A DNA stretch of 64,000 bases from Minisyncoccia bacterium (GCA_049317285.1 JBMOIO010000003.1:25003-89002), one strand, 5' to 3'. Numbered from the stretch's first letter, positions 30,500-40,966 are shown. A program made the numbers and translations. Notes: a model not told the origin generated them from the sequence alone.

Positions 30500-30577
30500 T
30501 ACTCAAAACATACTGTAAAAAAAGCTCCCGAAACGGGGCTTTTTTTATTGACCTTTTTCTAGTAGAATAGGGGAATT

Positions 30578-31999
30578 ATGGAGAGAACATACATTGGAGA
30601 GGCGAGTAGTAAGGCGGGGGAAACAATACTGATAAAAGGATGGGTGGATGTGCGCCGTGACCAGGGAAAAATGGTCTTTTTTGATTTCCGCGACATGACC
30701 GGCATGATCCAGGGCGTGGTGCTCCCAAACCAGGCTGAGGTGATAGAAGTTGCAAAAACAACTCGCCCTGAAAGCGTGGTGATGATAGAAGGAATCGTGA
30801 ACAAGCGCCCAGAGCGAAATATTGTAGAAGGAAAAGTAAACGGCGACATTGAACTTGAAATCACTGCTATTACTATTTTAAACCACGCTGAACCACTTCC
30901 GTTTGAAATCAATGTAGACACTAAAGAAGTAAACGAAGAAGTGCGATTGCGCCACCGATACCTCGACCTCCGCAGTACCCGCATGCAGGCAAACATCCGC
31001 GCGCGCGACCGTGTGATTAGTTATATCAGAAACTTCCTTCACAACGAGAAGTTTATCGAAGTGGAAACACCAATGCTCACCAAAAGCACCCCTGAAGGCT
31101 CTCGCGACTATATCGTACCCGCACGCCTGTACCCGGGGACATTTTATGCGCTCCCACAGTCGCCCCAGCAGTACAAACAACTCTTGATGACAGCAGGCGT
31201 AGAGCGATACTTCCAAATTGCTCGCTGTATGCGCGACGAAGACTCGCGCGGTGACCGCCAGCCCGAATTTACTCAGCTTGATATGGAAATGAGTTTTGTT
31301 GAACGCGATGACGTCATGGCAGTCAACGAAGCGCTCTTGATTAAAATGGTAACCGAGCTTTATCCTGAGAAAAGAATCCAAGCAATTCCGTTTCCTCGCA
31401 TCACGTACAAAGACGCGATGGAAAAATATGGCAATGACTGCCCTGATATTCGAGAAGACAAAGAAGACCCGAACCTCCTTGCATTTGCGTGGGTAGTAGA
31501 CTTCCCCTTCTTTGAGTCCACAGAAACAAGCGACGACCCAAACGCCAAAGGTGCTTGGACCTATAGCCACAATCCGTTTTCGCGCCCTATAGAGGCACAC
31601 ATGGAGAACTTGATGGAGAAAAAGAACATTGGCGACATTCTTACGACACAGTACGACATTATCCTCAACGGCTTTGAAATCGGGGGCGGTTCTATCCGTA
31701 ACCACAACTATGAAGCACTCGCAAAAGTGTTTGAAGTCTTGGGTCACGATGAAGAGACTATCAACGGACAGTTCGGGCATATGCTCCAGGCATTTAAGCT
31801 CGGTACACCACCGCACGGCGGTATTGCGTGGGGCCTTGACCGCTTTATGATGCTCATGCAAAACGAGCCAAACATCCGCGAAGTGATCCCATTTCCAAAG
31901 ACAGGCGAAGGCCGCGACCCGATGATGGACTCTCCTGCAGCCGTATCCGACAAACAGCTCGACGAATTGAACATCGTTCTTAAGAAGCCGAAAGCATAA
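30578..31999 (+). CDS. aspS: Aspartate--tRNA ligase, short form without GAD insertion
   Basis: RYLDLR, STPEGSRDY, LPQSPQ, RDED.R.DRQPEFTQ, PPHGGIAWGLDR. Confidence 0.97.
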   Translation: MERTYIGEASSKAGETILIKGWVDVRRDQGKMVFFDFRDMTGMIQGVVLPNQAEVIEVAKTTRPESVVMIEGIVNKRPERNIVEGKVNGDIELEITAITILNHAEPLPFEINVDTKEVNEEVRLRHRYLDLRSTRMQANIRARDRVISYIRNFLHNEKFIEVETPMLTKSTPEGSRDYIVPARLYPGTFYALPQSPQQYKQLLMTAGVERYFQIARCMRDEDSRGDRQPEFTQLDMEMSFVERDDVMAVNEALLIKMVTELYPEKRIQAIPFPRITYKDAMEKYGNDCPDIREDKEDPNLLAFAWVVDFPFFESTETSDDPNAKGAWTYSHNPFSRPIEAHMENLMEKKNIGDILTTQYDIILNGFEIGGGSIRNHNYEALAKVFEVLGHDEETINGQFGHMLQAFKLGTPPHGGIAWGLDRFMMLMQNEPNIREVIPFPKTGEGRDPMMDSPAAVSDKQLDELNIVLKKPKA

Positions 32000-32001
32000 C
32001 A

Positions 32002-32502
32002 ATGGCACACTACGACGCAACAACAGCTGAAAATAAATGTATTTTCTGCGAGATAGTTGCGGGGCGCTTTGAAACTCCCGGAATCTTTTGGGAAGATATG
32101 AAGTTTATGGCATTTCTTTCCATTGACCCTAATACAAAAGGATTTTCTTGTGTGATTCCAAAAGAGCATCATGGCAGTGACGTATTAAAAATGTCGGACG
32201 ATGTACTACAGCGTTTTATTATTGCATCTAAAAAAGTTGCCGGGATTTTAGAAAACTATTTCGAAGATGTTGGGCGAGTAGGGCTTCTTATGGAGGGTAC
32301 CGGGATAGACCATGCGCACATTAAGCTTGTGCCCCTTCATGGAACCCAAGAATTAAAGCGTGGAGAATGGAAACAACATCTTTCTGGAAAAGAGTTTTGG
32401 TTTGATACATACGAAGGGTGGATTTCTTCTGGTGGCGGGCCGAGAGCGGATGATGAACAGCTAAAGATACTTGCAGAAGATATTAAAAAATCTATTGTTT
32501 AA
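32002..32502 (+). CDS. HIT-family hydrolase
   Basis: CIFC, VIPKEH, HAHIKL variant triad. Confidence 0.88.
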   Translation: MAHYDATTAENKCIFCEIVAGRFETPGIFWEDMKFMAFLSIDPNTKGFSCVIPKEHHGSDVLKMSDDVLQRFIIASKKVAGILENYFEDVGRVGLLMEGTGIDHAHIKLVPLHGTQELKRGEWKQHLSGKEFWFDTYEGWISSGGGPRADDEQLKILAEDIKKSIV

Positions 32503-32503
32503 T

Positions 32504-33286
32504 ATGGAAACTGAAACCACATTCACCGTTAAGCATGAACATTTTGAAGGACCGATTGAGGTGCTTTTGGAGCTGATTGAAAAGCGAAAGCTCTTTGTAA
32601 ACGATGTGTCTTTGGGTTCTGTCACCGAAGAGTTTATCAGCTACATGCAAACCCGCGGGATGCACCCTGATGAAACAGCAAACTTCTTGGCGGTTGCTGC
32701 AACACTTATTTTGATTAAAGCACGATCACTCTTGCCGAACCTTGAGCTTACTCCGCAGGAAACAGAATCTATCAGCGACCTTGAACGCCGCGTAGCACTG
32801 TATCAAATAATCTCGCAAGTTTCCGGAGAACTCACTCGAACCTATGGAAAGAAAGTGTCGTTTGAAGGGGTCCGCCGTACTACAGGCGTAGTGTTTGCGC
32901 CGGACAACACCCTCGCACTTACTGACCTTGCAGGACTCATCCTTGGCGCAGTGAAGCGAGCTCCAGTTGAAGCACCAAAGAAGCCCGAAGCTCGCGTATT
33001 TAAAACCATCTCTATCAGCGAGGTATTGAATACACTCACTGAGCGCATCGAGCGAGCGCTAGAAAATATTAATGGCACCGTTTCTTTCAATAGTGTACGA
33101 GTGCACTCGCCAGACGAAGACGATAAAAGCCAAAAAGTGTATACGATTGTGTCATTTCTTGGTATGCTTGAGCTCGTACGACGAGGACTTTTGGCCGCTG
33201 AGCAAAACGACCTCTTCCACGACATCACCCTTGCAAAAGCAGAGGAAAAAACTCTTACTGACGAGTCTCTAGACGAAACACTATAA
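32504..33286 (+). CDS. scpA: Segregation/condensation protein A
   Basis: FEGPIEVLLELI, LILIKARSLLP, FLGMLEL. Confidence 0.93.
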   Translation: METETTFTVKHEHFEGPIEVLLELIEKRKLFVNDVSLGSVTEEFISYMQTRGMHPDETANFLAVAATLILIKARSLLPNLELTPQETESISDLERRVALYQIISQVSGELTRTYGKKVSFEGVRRTTGVVFAPDNTLALTDLAGLILGAVKRAPVEAPKKPEARVFKTISISEVLNTLTERIERALENINGTVSFNSVRVHSPDEDDKSQKVYTIVSFLGMLELVRRGLLAAEQNDLFHDITLAKAEEKTLTDESLDETL

Positions 33287-33816
33287 TGACACCAACAGCC
33301 CAAACAATCCACGCACTTCTTTTTGCAACAGCAGACAACTACACAGTAGTGGGACTCTCTGCACTGCTTTCAGTAAGTACAGAGGAGATAGAAACAGCGC
33401 TTCAGAGTCTCTCTGCTGGATTAGAAGGGCAGGGAATCATGCTCGTGCGCGAAGGCAATAGCGTCATCTTGGCGACACGACCTGAACATGGTGCACTCTT
33501 AGAAACAATCCGTAAAGAAGAGCTTTCAAAAGAGCTTTCAAAAGCAAGTGCAGAAACCCTCGCTATTGTTGTCTATCGCCCTGGTGCAACAAAAGCGGAG
33601 ATTGAGCTTATCCGGGGAGTGAATGCATCATATTCTTTGCGCGCTCTTTCCATGCGCGGACTAATAGAAGCAAAAAGTGTGGGGCGCGGACTTGTCTACC
33701 ACCCAACTCTTGCACTTTTGGAACACTTTGGCGCGCAAAGCATTGCTGAACTGCCACAGTTTGCCGAAGTGAAAGCAAAGATCGAAACATTACTCGCCAC
33801 CAACGCTGTAGAATAA
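33286..33816 (+). CDS. scpB: Segregation/condensation protein B
   Basis: LSKASAETLAIVVY, IELIRGVN; follows scpA. Confidence 0.93.
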   Translation: MTPTAQTIHALLFATADNYTVVGLSALLSVSTEEIETALQSLSAGLEGQGIMLVREGNSVILATRPEHGALLETIRKEELSKELSKASAETLAIVVYRPGATKAEIELIRGVNASYSLRALSMRGLIEAKSVGRGLVYHPTLALLEHFGAQSIAELPQFAEVKAKIETLLATNAVE

Positions 33817-33831
33817 TTTTTGAGAATAGCT

Positions 33832-34905
33832 ATGGATATCAATGTCATCAAAATTTTCCTCCCCACTGCACTTGCCTTTATTATCGGCATTGCACTGACT
33901 CCGCGCCTCACTGCTATCATGTACGCGCGTAAGCTCTGGAAAAAAAGTGCGCGCGCCGAACACGCATCAATCACCAATACCGACTTTGCAAAAGTGCACA
34001 ACAGCGCCGAGGAGCTTTCTACACCGCGAGTAGGAGGGATTATCATTTGGCTCTCTGTAGTGATCTGTATTTCGATCATGTGGGCGATTTCCCGCATTGT
34101 ACCCTCTGACCTTTCAGCAAAGCTCGACTTCTTCAGTAAAAGCCAGACACTTGTACCGCTGGCAAGCTTACTCTTGGGAAGCCTGCTTGGATTAATTGAT
34201 GACATTATACAAATCAAAGGAACAAACGATGTAGTAGGAAAGACCGACAAAGACATTTGGTTTCGCTATTTTAAAATCGCCCTTATTGTCATAGCGGGTG
34301 CTGTTATTGGTGGATGGTTTTACACCAAGCTTGGAGTGAATAGTGTCGCAATACCATTTAGTGCAGTGCCGCTCTATCTCGGAATGTTCTTTATTCCCTT
34401 TTTTATATTCATCATGATCGCTGTATTTTCAGGCGGCGTGATTGACGGGCTCGACGGCCTTGCGGGCGGTGTACTTGCAATCATTTTTGCTTCCTATGCG
34501 ATTATTGCGTACGGGCAAGATCAGATAGATATTGCAGCACTCTGCGGAGTTATCTCCGGCGGTATTCTCGCATTTCTTTGGTTCAATGTGCCTCCTGCGC
34601 GCTTTTATATGGGGGAAACCGGGATGATGGGGCTTTTGGTGGTGCTTACTGTTATTGCCTTTCTTACCGACACTGTTCTTCTTCTCCCTTTGATTGCATT
34701 CCCCCTTGCTATTAGCAGTGCGTCATCTCTCATTCAGATCATCAGCTACAAATACTTTGGAAAGCGCCGGGTGTTTAAGATTGCACCCTTGCACCATCAC
34801 TTCCGCGCACTCGGCTGGTCTCGCGAAAAGGTGGTCATGCGCTACTGGGTCGTCTCTATTATTTGCGCACTTGTCGGTGTAGTAATCGCACTGATCAGCA
34901 AATAA
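33832..34905 (+). CDS. mraY: Phospho-N-acetylmuramoyl-pentapeptide transferase
   Basis: TPRVGG, IDD, DGLDGL, PARFYMGETG, APLHHHF. Confidence 0.93.
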   Translation: MDINVIKIFLPTALAFIIGIALTPRLTAIMYARKLWKKSARAEHASITNTDFAKVHNSAEELSTPRVGGIIIWLSVVICISIMWAISRIVPSDLSAKLDFFSKSQTLVPLASLLLGSLLGLIDDIIQIKGTNDVVGKTDKDIWFRYFKIALIVIAGAVIGGWFYTKLGVNSVAIPFSAVPLYLGMFFIPFFIFIMIAVFSGGVIDGLDGLAGGVLAIIFASYAIIAYGQDQIDIAALCGVISGGILAFLWFNVPPARFYMGETGMMGLLVVLTVIAFLTDTVLLLPLIAFPLAISSASSLIQIISYKYFGKRRVFKIAPLHHHFRALGWSREKVVMRYWVVSIICALVGVVIALISK

Positions 34906-34906
34906 T

Positions 34907-36019
34907 ATGGCGAAAGTAGTAAAGCCTGCCGCATTTGACCGATACTTCTTTTTCATCGTACTTCTTATTACTGTTATAGGACTTTTTGCTTTTGTGTCGG
35001 CATCATTAGGAGTGCTTGCGCGCAATCAGGACAAGTTTTACGGTGTTCTCTTTAACCAGATAGTGCTCGGCTTTATCGGAGGCTTGGGCGCATTGTGGCT
35101 GACCGCAAATATTCCGTACCACTTTTGGCGCAGAAATGCTTTTTTCATATTTATCGGGACACTCCTCTTAACCCTTGCTGTATTTATCCCTGGCCTTGGC
35201 TTTTCACACGGCGGTGCGCGCCGATGGATTTCACTCGGTCCTATTTCTTTTCAACCGGCTGAACTTTTGAAGATTGGCTTTGTTATTTATTTTGCTGCAT
35301 GGCTCGCATGGACACGAAAAAAAGAAGAAGAGTTTAAATACAAAGTGGCGCCACTGATGATCATGCTCGGTATTGTTGCTGTGACACTGTTGCGCCAACC
35401 TGATACCAAGAGTCTTATTCTTATCACTGCAGCGGCCTGCTGTATGCTCTTTGTTTCTGGTGTGTCATGGAAAAAAGTGGTGGGGATTATCCTCGCCGGA
35501 ATGCTCTGTATCACGGTCTTGGCATTTGTCCGCCCCTATGTGATGGATCGTATCAAAACATACATCAACCCAAGCACTGACCCGCGCGGTTCGTCATACC
35601 AGCTTCAACAAGGACTCATCGCTATCGGAAGCGGGGGCGCATTTGGGCGCGGGCTTGGGCAGAGCGTGCAGAAGTTCAATTATCTTCCTGAACCACAAGG
35701 CGACTCAATATTCGCAGTAATAGGGGAAGAGTTTGGTTTCTTGGGAAGCACGATTCTTGTTATTCTCTATGTATTCCTCGCAATACGCGGCTTTAAGATC
35801 GCACTGACTGCGTCGGACAGCTTTGGGCGGTACATTGTCATTGGTTTGGTAACACTGCTTACAGCGCAATCCTTTCTCAATATCCTCTCCCTGCTCGGGC
35901 TATTTCCTTTGACCGGCGTACCTCTTGTCTTTATCTCCCACGGAGGGACGTCGCTCTTTATCGCCCTTGCTGCAGCCGGCATCATTTTGAACGTTTCTCG
36001 ATATCCAAAAAAAGTGTAA
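34907..36019 (+). CDS. ftsW: SEDS peptidoglycan glycosyltransferase FtsW
   Basis: GARRWI, QPAE, QPD, LPEPQGDSIF, TGVPLVFISHGG. Confidence 0.92.
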   Translation: MAKVVKPAAFDRYFFFIVLLITVIGLFAFVSASLGVLARNQDKFYGVLFNQIVLGFIGGLGALWLTANIPYHFWRRNAFFIFIGTLLLTLAVFIPGLGFSHGGARRWISLGPISFQPAELLKIGFVIYFAAWLAWTRKKEEEFKYKVAPLMIMLGIVAVTLLRQPDTKSLILITAAACCMLFVSGVSWKKVVGIILAGMLCITVLAFVRPYVMDRIKTYINPSTDPRGSSYQLQQGLIAIGSGGAFGRGLGQSVQKFNYLPEPQGDSIFAVIGEEFGFLGSTILVILYVFLAIRGFKIALTASDSFGRYIVIGLVTLLTAQSFLNILSLLGLFPLTGVPLVFISHGGTSLFIALAAAGIILNVSRYPKKV

Positions 36020-36031
36020 AATAGGGGCATT

Positions 36032-37165
36032 ATGAAAATCCTATTAACAGGCGGGGGGACAGGAGGACACTTTTACCCACTCATCGCTATTGCCGAAGAA
36101 CTCAACCGCCTCTCCGACCAGGAACGCTTGGTAAACATGAAGCTCTACTTCATGTCTGACGCTCCGTATAATGCGCGAGAGCTCGAACAGCAGTTCATCA
36201 AGTTCATCCCTATCACCGCCGGCAAATTGCGCGTCTATTTTTCTCTGCAAAACTTCATCGATGTTTTTAAAACAGGGTTTGGTGTTATTGATGCGCTGTT
36301 TAAAGTATTCAACCTTTACCCCGATGTTGTCATCTCAAAGGGAGGGTACGCTGCATTTCCTGTTCTTGTTGCGGCAAAGCTTTTGCGTATCCCAGTGATT
36401 ATCCACGAGAGCGACACAGTACCAGGGCGCGTGAACAAATGGTCGGGCAAGTTTGCGCGAAAGATCGCACTCTCATACCCGGAAGCGGCAAGCTTTTTCA
36501 ATGAAGCAAAGGTATCCGTCACTGGACAGCCAATACGAAAAACAGTTACCTACACTGCAACCGAAGGTGCAAAAGAATTTTTTGACCTTGACCCAAATAT
36601 TTTGACAGTCGGCATTATTGGTGGATCAAGTGGAGCAAAAGTGATCAACGACACCATCACGGCGGTACTGCCACAGCTTATTGATCACTATCAGGTCATC
36701 CATCAGACTGGTACAAAAACATTTGAAGAAACAAAAACAGACGCAAGTGTTATTATGGGCGACAGTGTGAAGCGTACTCGATATAAGATATTTCCGTACC
36801 TCAATGACTTGCAGAGCAAAATGTTTGGTGGAGCATCTGACATCATCATTTCACGCGCGGGCTCGAGCCTGTTTGAAATCGCCGCGTGGGGCAAGCCCTC
36901 TATTATTATCCCTATCCCTGCAAGCAACTCGCACGGAGACCATCAGCGAAAAAATGCGTACCATATGGCTCGCACCGGGGCATGTGTCGTAGTCGAACAG
37001 GCAAACCTCACGGGAAGTGTCTTGGTAAATGAAATTCGCCTCATTTTGGAGCATAAAGACCGCTACGAAGTAATGGCAAAGCATGCAAAGAGTCTCCACA
37101 AACCAGACGCTGCCCGCATGATTGCAGCTGAAGCGATTGAGATCGCGCTCGAGCACGTTCGATAA
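36032..37165 (+). CDS. murG: Lipid II GlcNAc transferase MurG
   Basis: GGGTGGH, KGGY, HESD, ISRAG, HQRKNA. Confidence 0.96.
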   Translation: MKILLTGGGTGGHFYPLIAIAEELNRLSDQERLVNMKLYFMSDAPYNARELEQQFIKFIPITAGKLRVYFSLQNFIDVFKTGFGVIDALFKVFNLYPDVVISKGGYAAFPVLVAAKLLRIPVIIHESDTVPGRVNKWSGKFARKIALSYPEAASFFNEAKVSVTGQPIRKTVTYTATEGAKEFFDLDPNILTVGIIGGSSGAKVINDTITAVLPQLIDHYQVIHQTGTKTFEETKTDASVIMGDSVKRTRYKIFPYLNDLQSKMFGGASDIIISRAGSSLFEIAAWGKPSIIIPIPASNSHGDHQRKNAYHMARTGACVVVEQANLTGSVLVNEIRLILEHKDRYEVMAKHAKSLHKPDAARMIAAEAIEIALEHVR

Positions 37166-37182
37166 GTGGTATACTTTTTTAT

Positions 37183-37533
37183 ATGAATAAAAACACCATT
37201 ATCCTTACTGTTGCTAGCATTGTTATTTTATTTGGGCTTATTGCCTATGGATCCATGCAAATGAAAAAGCCTGTAGTTGTCGAAGACAACACCCCGGGAC
37301 AGATGGACCGAGATTTTGATAAGGGTGCATTGGACCATGACAAAGACGATTGGGGTCGCGACATGAATCAAAACCCGGAACCACGTCCACAACAGCCGAG
37401 TCCTGACGTATCAGTAGACGGTAAGGGCGGATTTACAGCCTGCACAATGGAAGCAAAGCAGTGTCCTGATGGAAAAACGTACGTCGGTCGCCAAGGCCCG
37501 AACTGCGAATTCGCTCTATGTCCTGGTAATTAA
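37183..37533 (+). CDS. Membrane-anchored protein with 4-Cys C-terminal module
   Basis: N-terminal TM; CTMEAKQCPDG..VGRQGPNCEFALCP. Confidence 0.8.
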   Translation: MNKNTIILTVASIVILFGLIAYGSMQMKKPVVVEDNTPGQMDRDFDKGALDHDKDDWGRDMNQNPEPRPQQPSPDVSVDGKGGFTACTMEAKQCPDGKTYVGRQGPNCEFALCPGN

Positions 37534-37568
37534 CTCAATAAAAAACTCCCGCATCATGCGGGAGTTTT

Positions 37569-38585
37569 TTATTTCAACCTACAGACAAAAATCTTTGGAT
37601 AAATATAAGCGTTCACAACCGTTGAAACCCTCAGACTGAGCGTCTGCGAAATAGTGAAACGTGATTGAAGGAATATACCCTCTAATAGCTCATGTTCGGT
37701 TGTATACACAACCAATACACCGTGTGGGCTTAAGACATCTTCACAAAAGGCGACAAATTGCCGGTAAAGCGCATCTAAATCTTCATCTTTGCCAATCTGC
37801 ATTCCAAACGGCAAGTCCGACACGATACAATCAAAAGTGCCGAGGTCAGGGTGCTCTCTGATGTCAGCATTCTTCAGCTGAATTCTTTTTATTAATCCGG
37901 CCTTTTTAATATTTTGCACAGCAAGTGCGATACTTTTACCGTTATTATCAAAACCCAGCAATGATAGCTGTGTATAGGTGAGCCCGGCTTCAATCAAAAG
38001 TGTTGCGCTCCCAGAAAAAACATTAAGGTAGGTTTTTTTATCCCTAAGCTCAGCGAGCACATTCATTGCATACGCTATTGTTGGATTAAGTCCGCCCTTG
38101 ATATTTGCTACTTTATAGGATCGGAGGGAAAGAGGGCGATTCGTGAGACGAACGCCGACTTCCCACACCCCTGACTGCTTTCCAATAGAAATTTCCATAT
38201 CAGCTTCTTCTGCCGAGACTACTTTATAGGTATCTTTTACAAAAGTTTGTATTTCCTTCACCTCTTTTGAATCGGCCCCCGCGCAACTAAATTTCATCGT
38301 GCGAAACGATTCAGGGGTAACACTAAGAACCCTCTCGACGATTTCTCCCAACAAGGATTTATGTTTTGAGAGAAAATGAGGATTCAACTCAGTGCCTTGT
38401 CGTATTATGGAAACACCGATAATACTTTTCAGGGTTAGAACAGTAGAGAGGTCATCAATAATATCAAGATAAAAAGCATCCTTCCTTTTTTCGATAATAT
38501 GAAACTCCGGATAGTGTTTGATTTCTTGCAAGACTATTTCTTCGAGTCCTGGTATAAAAGTGAGTTTTAGTAACAGTTCGGTCAT
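37569..38585 (-). CDS. SAM-dependent RNA methyltransferase, Trm14/RlmL-like
   Basis: PLSLRSY, LNPTIAYAM, FSGSATLLIE, SDLPFG. Confidence 0.8.
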   Translation of the reverse strand: MTELLLKLTFIPGLEEIVLQEIKHYPEFHIIEKRKDAFYLDIIDDLSTVLTLKSIIGVSIIRQGTELNPHFLSKHKSLLGEIVERVLSVTPESFRTMKFSCAGADSKEVKEIQTFVKDTYKVVSAEEADMEISIGKQSGVWEVGVRLTNRPLSLRSYKVANIKGGLNPTIAYAMNVLAELRDKKTYLNVFSGSATLLIEAGLTYTQLSLLGFDNNGKSIALAVQNIKKAGLIKRIQLKNADIREHPDLGTFDCIVSDLPFGMQIGKDEDLDALYRQFVAFCEDVLSPHGVLVVYTTEHELLEGIFLQSRFTISQTLSLRVSTVVNAYIYPKIFVCRLK

Positions 38586-38591
38586 AGCTTT

Positions 38592-39443
38592 TTATTTATT
38601 GAGCTTCTTCGCGTACACATACGTCAGAGACGCTCCATAGAAAAATACTTGGGCTGAGTAGTATATCCAAATCAACAGCGCTACAAGGGACGCTGCGGCT
38701 CCGTAGAGGGTGGTGTTGGCAAAGTGCGCAATATAGAGACCGATCAGTACGCGCCCAAGCAAAAAGAGGAGGGAAGTGACGACGGCTCCAAGAACAATTG
38801 CTTTAAGAGGGAGTGCTTGTTCAGGCAGGATTCGATAGATGAGCGCAAAGAATGCAGTACCGAAAAGAAATAGAGTCACGGGCTCAATAAAGGTCACCAT
38901 AACTGAAAACCCTGGCACGCCACCAAAGCTCTCTTGATACAAGGAGAGAAAGACACTAATTGCAATAAAAAATAAAAAGAGGAGCGCGATTATGGGAATA
39001 AGAGAAAACGCCGGGAACTTTCGCCACACCGCCCGCCACAGGCGCGCAAAAAATGGTTGAGGTTCTTTTTCCTTTATAGTCTTCGTCTCCCACAGCTCGT
39101 CAAGCGAGGTATCGAGAACAGCGAGAACACTGATGGACCCTAAAACAATCGTTGCAATACTGGCTATCGTCCCGGCGGTACCGAGCGAGTGTCGAGAAGT
39201 GCTTTTGATAATGCCATCAATAAAATCGCGCGCTCCGCTTCCAATGACGCGATCAAGTTGAGAGACAATACTGCTTTCGGCAAGCGCTGTGCCAAAAATA
39301 GAGCCGGCCAGCGCGATAATGAGAATGGTCAAGGGTGCGATAGAAAAAATAGCGTAGTAGGAGAGTGCAGCTCCCATGCGCGACGCATTGTGTTTGCTGT
39401 AGTGGCGAAGAGAGCGCTTGATGAGCTGTATGAATGACTTCAT
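38592..39443 (-). CDS. YihY/BrkB family membrane protein
   Basis: AALSYYAIFSIAP, YGAAASLVALLIWIYYSAQ. Confidence 0.92.
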   Translation of the reverse strand: MKSFIQLIKRSLRHYSKHNASRMGAALSYYAIFSIAPLTILIIALAGSIFGTALAESSIVSQLDRVIGSGARDFIDGIIKSTSRHSLGTAGTIASIATIVLGSISVLAVLDTSLDELWETKTIKEKEPQPFFARLWRAVWRKFPAFSLIPIIALLFLFFIAISVFLSLYQESFGGVPGFSVMVTFIEPVTLFLFGTAFFALIYRILPEQALPLKAIVLGAVVTSLLFLLGRVLIGLYIAHFANTTLYGAAASLVALLIWIYYSAQVFFYGASLTYVYAKKLNK

Positions 39444-39466
39444 ATAATAGCTCTATCATAGCGCAT

Positions 39467-40138
39467 TTATGCGATAGCGCTCAAGCGGTAGCCTCTTCCG
39501 GGAATGGTATGGATGATCTCCATCCCTTTCTGAGCAATTTTTTTGCGAAGATTAAAGATATGGGCTTCGATGGTGTTTGAAAACGGATCGCTCTCCATAT
39601 TCCACACATGCTCCATAATCATGCCTCGAGAAAGTACCTGACCTTCGTTTCGCGCGAGATATTCCAATAAAATAAATTCTTTTCTTGTAAGGTAGACTTC
39701 ATTTCCATCACAAAAAACCTTTTGTCGACCGGAATCGATTGTTATGTGCGCAACCGTAATGACTGTGGGTACTATGATATACGGTCTGCGCAGTAGTGCC
39801 CGAATACGCGCACAGACTTCCGGAAGTGAAAACGGCTTAGTGATATAGTCATCTGCACCAGCATTTAATAAAATTATTTTAGTTGTACAGTCTGTAATAG
39901 TGGAGAGGATAAGAACAGGAAGTACCTTACCGCGCTGTCGAATTTCTTTGCAAATTTCAACACCGTCTTTCCCTGGCAAAATACAATCAAGAATCAAAAT
40001 GTCATATTCATTGATTTCTATCAGAGAAGCGACTTCTTTACCATTTGAGACAGTATCCACCGCAAAACACTCCTGCTCAAGATAGCTACTGAGCAGCACA
40101 CGCGTCTCATCATTGCCTTCGGCGATTAATATTCTCAT
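39467..40138 (-). CDS. OmpR-family response regulator
   Basis: Receiver ILD, GADDYITKPF; wHTH LTRKEF..LEYL, TIPGRGY. Confidence 0.93.
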   Translation of the reverse strand: MRILIAEGNDETRVLLSSYLEQECFAVDTVSNGKEVASLIEINEYDILILDCILPGKDGVEICKEIRQRGKVLPVLILSTITDCTTKIILLNAGADDYITKPFSLPEVCARIRALLRRPYIIVPTVITVAHITIDSGRQKVFCDGNEVYLTRKEFILLEYLARNEGQVLSRGMIMEHVWNMESDPFSNTIEAHIFNLRKKIAQKGMEIIHTIPGRGYRLSAIA

Positions 40139-40240
40139 ATTCAATAGTTCTATTGATACTAGTAATTATACGAGACTCAGTGTAGTAGTGAAGAGGAGAA
40201 ATGGGGAAACCTATTCATAATTATTTTAACTCATAAAATA

Positions 40241-40269
40241 TTGATTTTAGAAGAAAAATATGGTATAAT
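40241..40269 (+). promoter_or_regulatory. Sigma70-type promoter
   Basis: TTGATT-17-TATAAT with TG extension. Confidence 0.65.
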
Positions 40270-40355
40270 CTAAATAAGTGTAACCCTCATCTCCCTTGAT
40301 TCGTCAGTTACTATAGGACTCGCTATTACTAAGCACTTAATTCACCCATATCCTT

Positions 40356-40631
40356 ATGACTGAATCTACCGACCGAACTCTACTCGCACTTTTTCTTATT
40401 ATCGCAATTCTTGCGGTTATTGTGTATTTCTCACCTCGCGTTGCAAACCGCGGTATGGTAACAAATCGTTGGTATACGACTACGGCCCCAGCAAGCGCAG
40501 GAACAGCAGTACGCGGTATCTCTCCAGTATCAAATTCTCGTAGCAGTAGCTATTCAAGCAACACTTCTTCGAGCTACACTACTTCAAGTACTCCACAAAC
40601 CACAACAACGACAACCTATTACAACAACTAA
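40356..40631 (+). CDS. Small membrane-anchored Ser/Thr-rich protein
   Basis: N-terminal TM, low-complexity S/T tail. Confidence 0.7.
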   Translation: MTESTDRTLLALFLIIAILAVIVYFSPRVANRGMVTNRWYTTTAPASAGTAVRGISPVSNSRSSSYSSNTSSSYTTSSTPQTTTTTTYYNN

Positions 40632-40684
40632 TCTAGACACGATTTCTTAATCATGTTCTATCGTGAAATAATAGGGTAATCCAC

Positions 40685-40713
40685 TTGCGTGTGAACGAAC
40701 GTTCACCTATACT
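40685..40713 (+). promoter_or_regulatory. lexA operon promoter with SOS box in the spacer
   Basis: TTGCGT-17-TATACT; spacer holds GTGAAC-GAAC-GTTCAC (40691-40706), i.e. GAAC-N4-GTTC. Confidence 0.8.
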
Positions 40714-40758
40714 TATTTTGAGGTCGCCATTAGTAATAACGACTGATAAAAGAAGTAT

Positions 40759-40947
40759 ATGACTCGCACACAATACACCAAAGCAATCGAACTTGAACTC
40801 GCTCGTCTCAACGAACGCATCGACGCAAAAATTCTTCGCGGACAACGGTACGCAGAAGAATCTCGAAAGCACAAACAGCTCCTTGCACAAATCCGCCGAC
40901 AGAGTCGTGCTTCAATGTTTAGTCGACTATTGCTCGCATTCAACTAA
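40759..40947 (+). CDS. Small helical protein, first gene of lexA operon
   Basis: 62 aa; ends SMFSRLLLAFN. Confidence 0.75.
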   Translation: MTRTQYTKAIELELARLNERIDAKILRGQRYAEESRKHKQLLAQIRRQSRASMFSRLLLAFN

Positions 40948-40966
40948 TCGTTTAATCACTATTGCC

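Noticed and set aside
30578-31999. Short AspRS as a pseudogene
   Set aside because: All class II motifs are intact; only the GAD insertion is missing
30878-32023. 381-aa antisense ORF over aspS, and other shadow ORFs
   Set aside because: Mirror frames of conserved genes with no recognisable motifs
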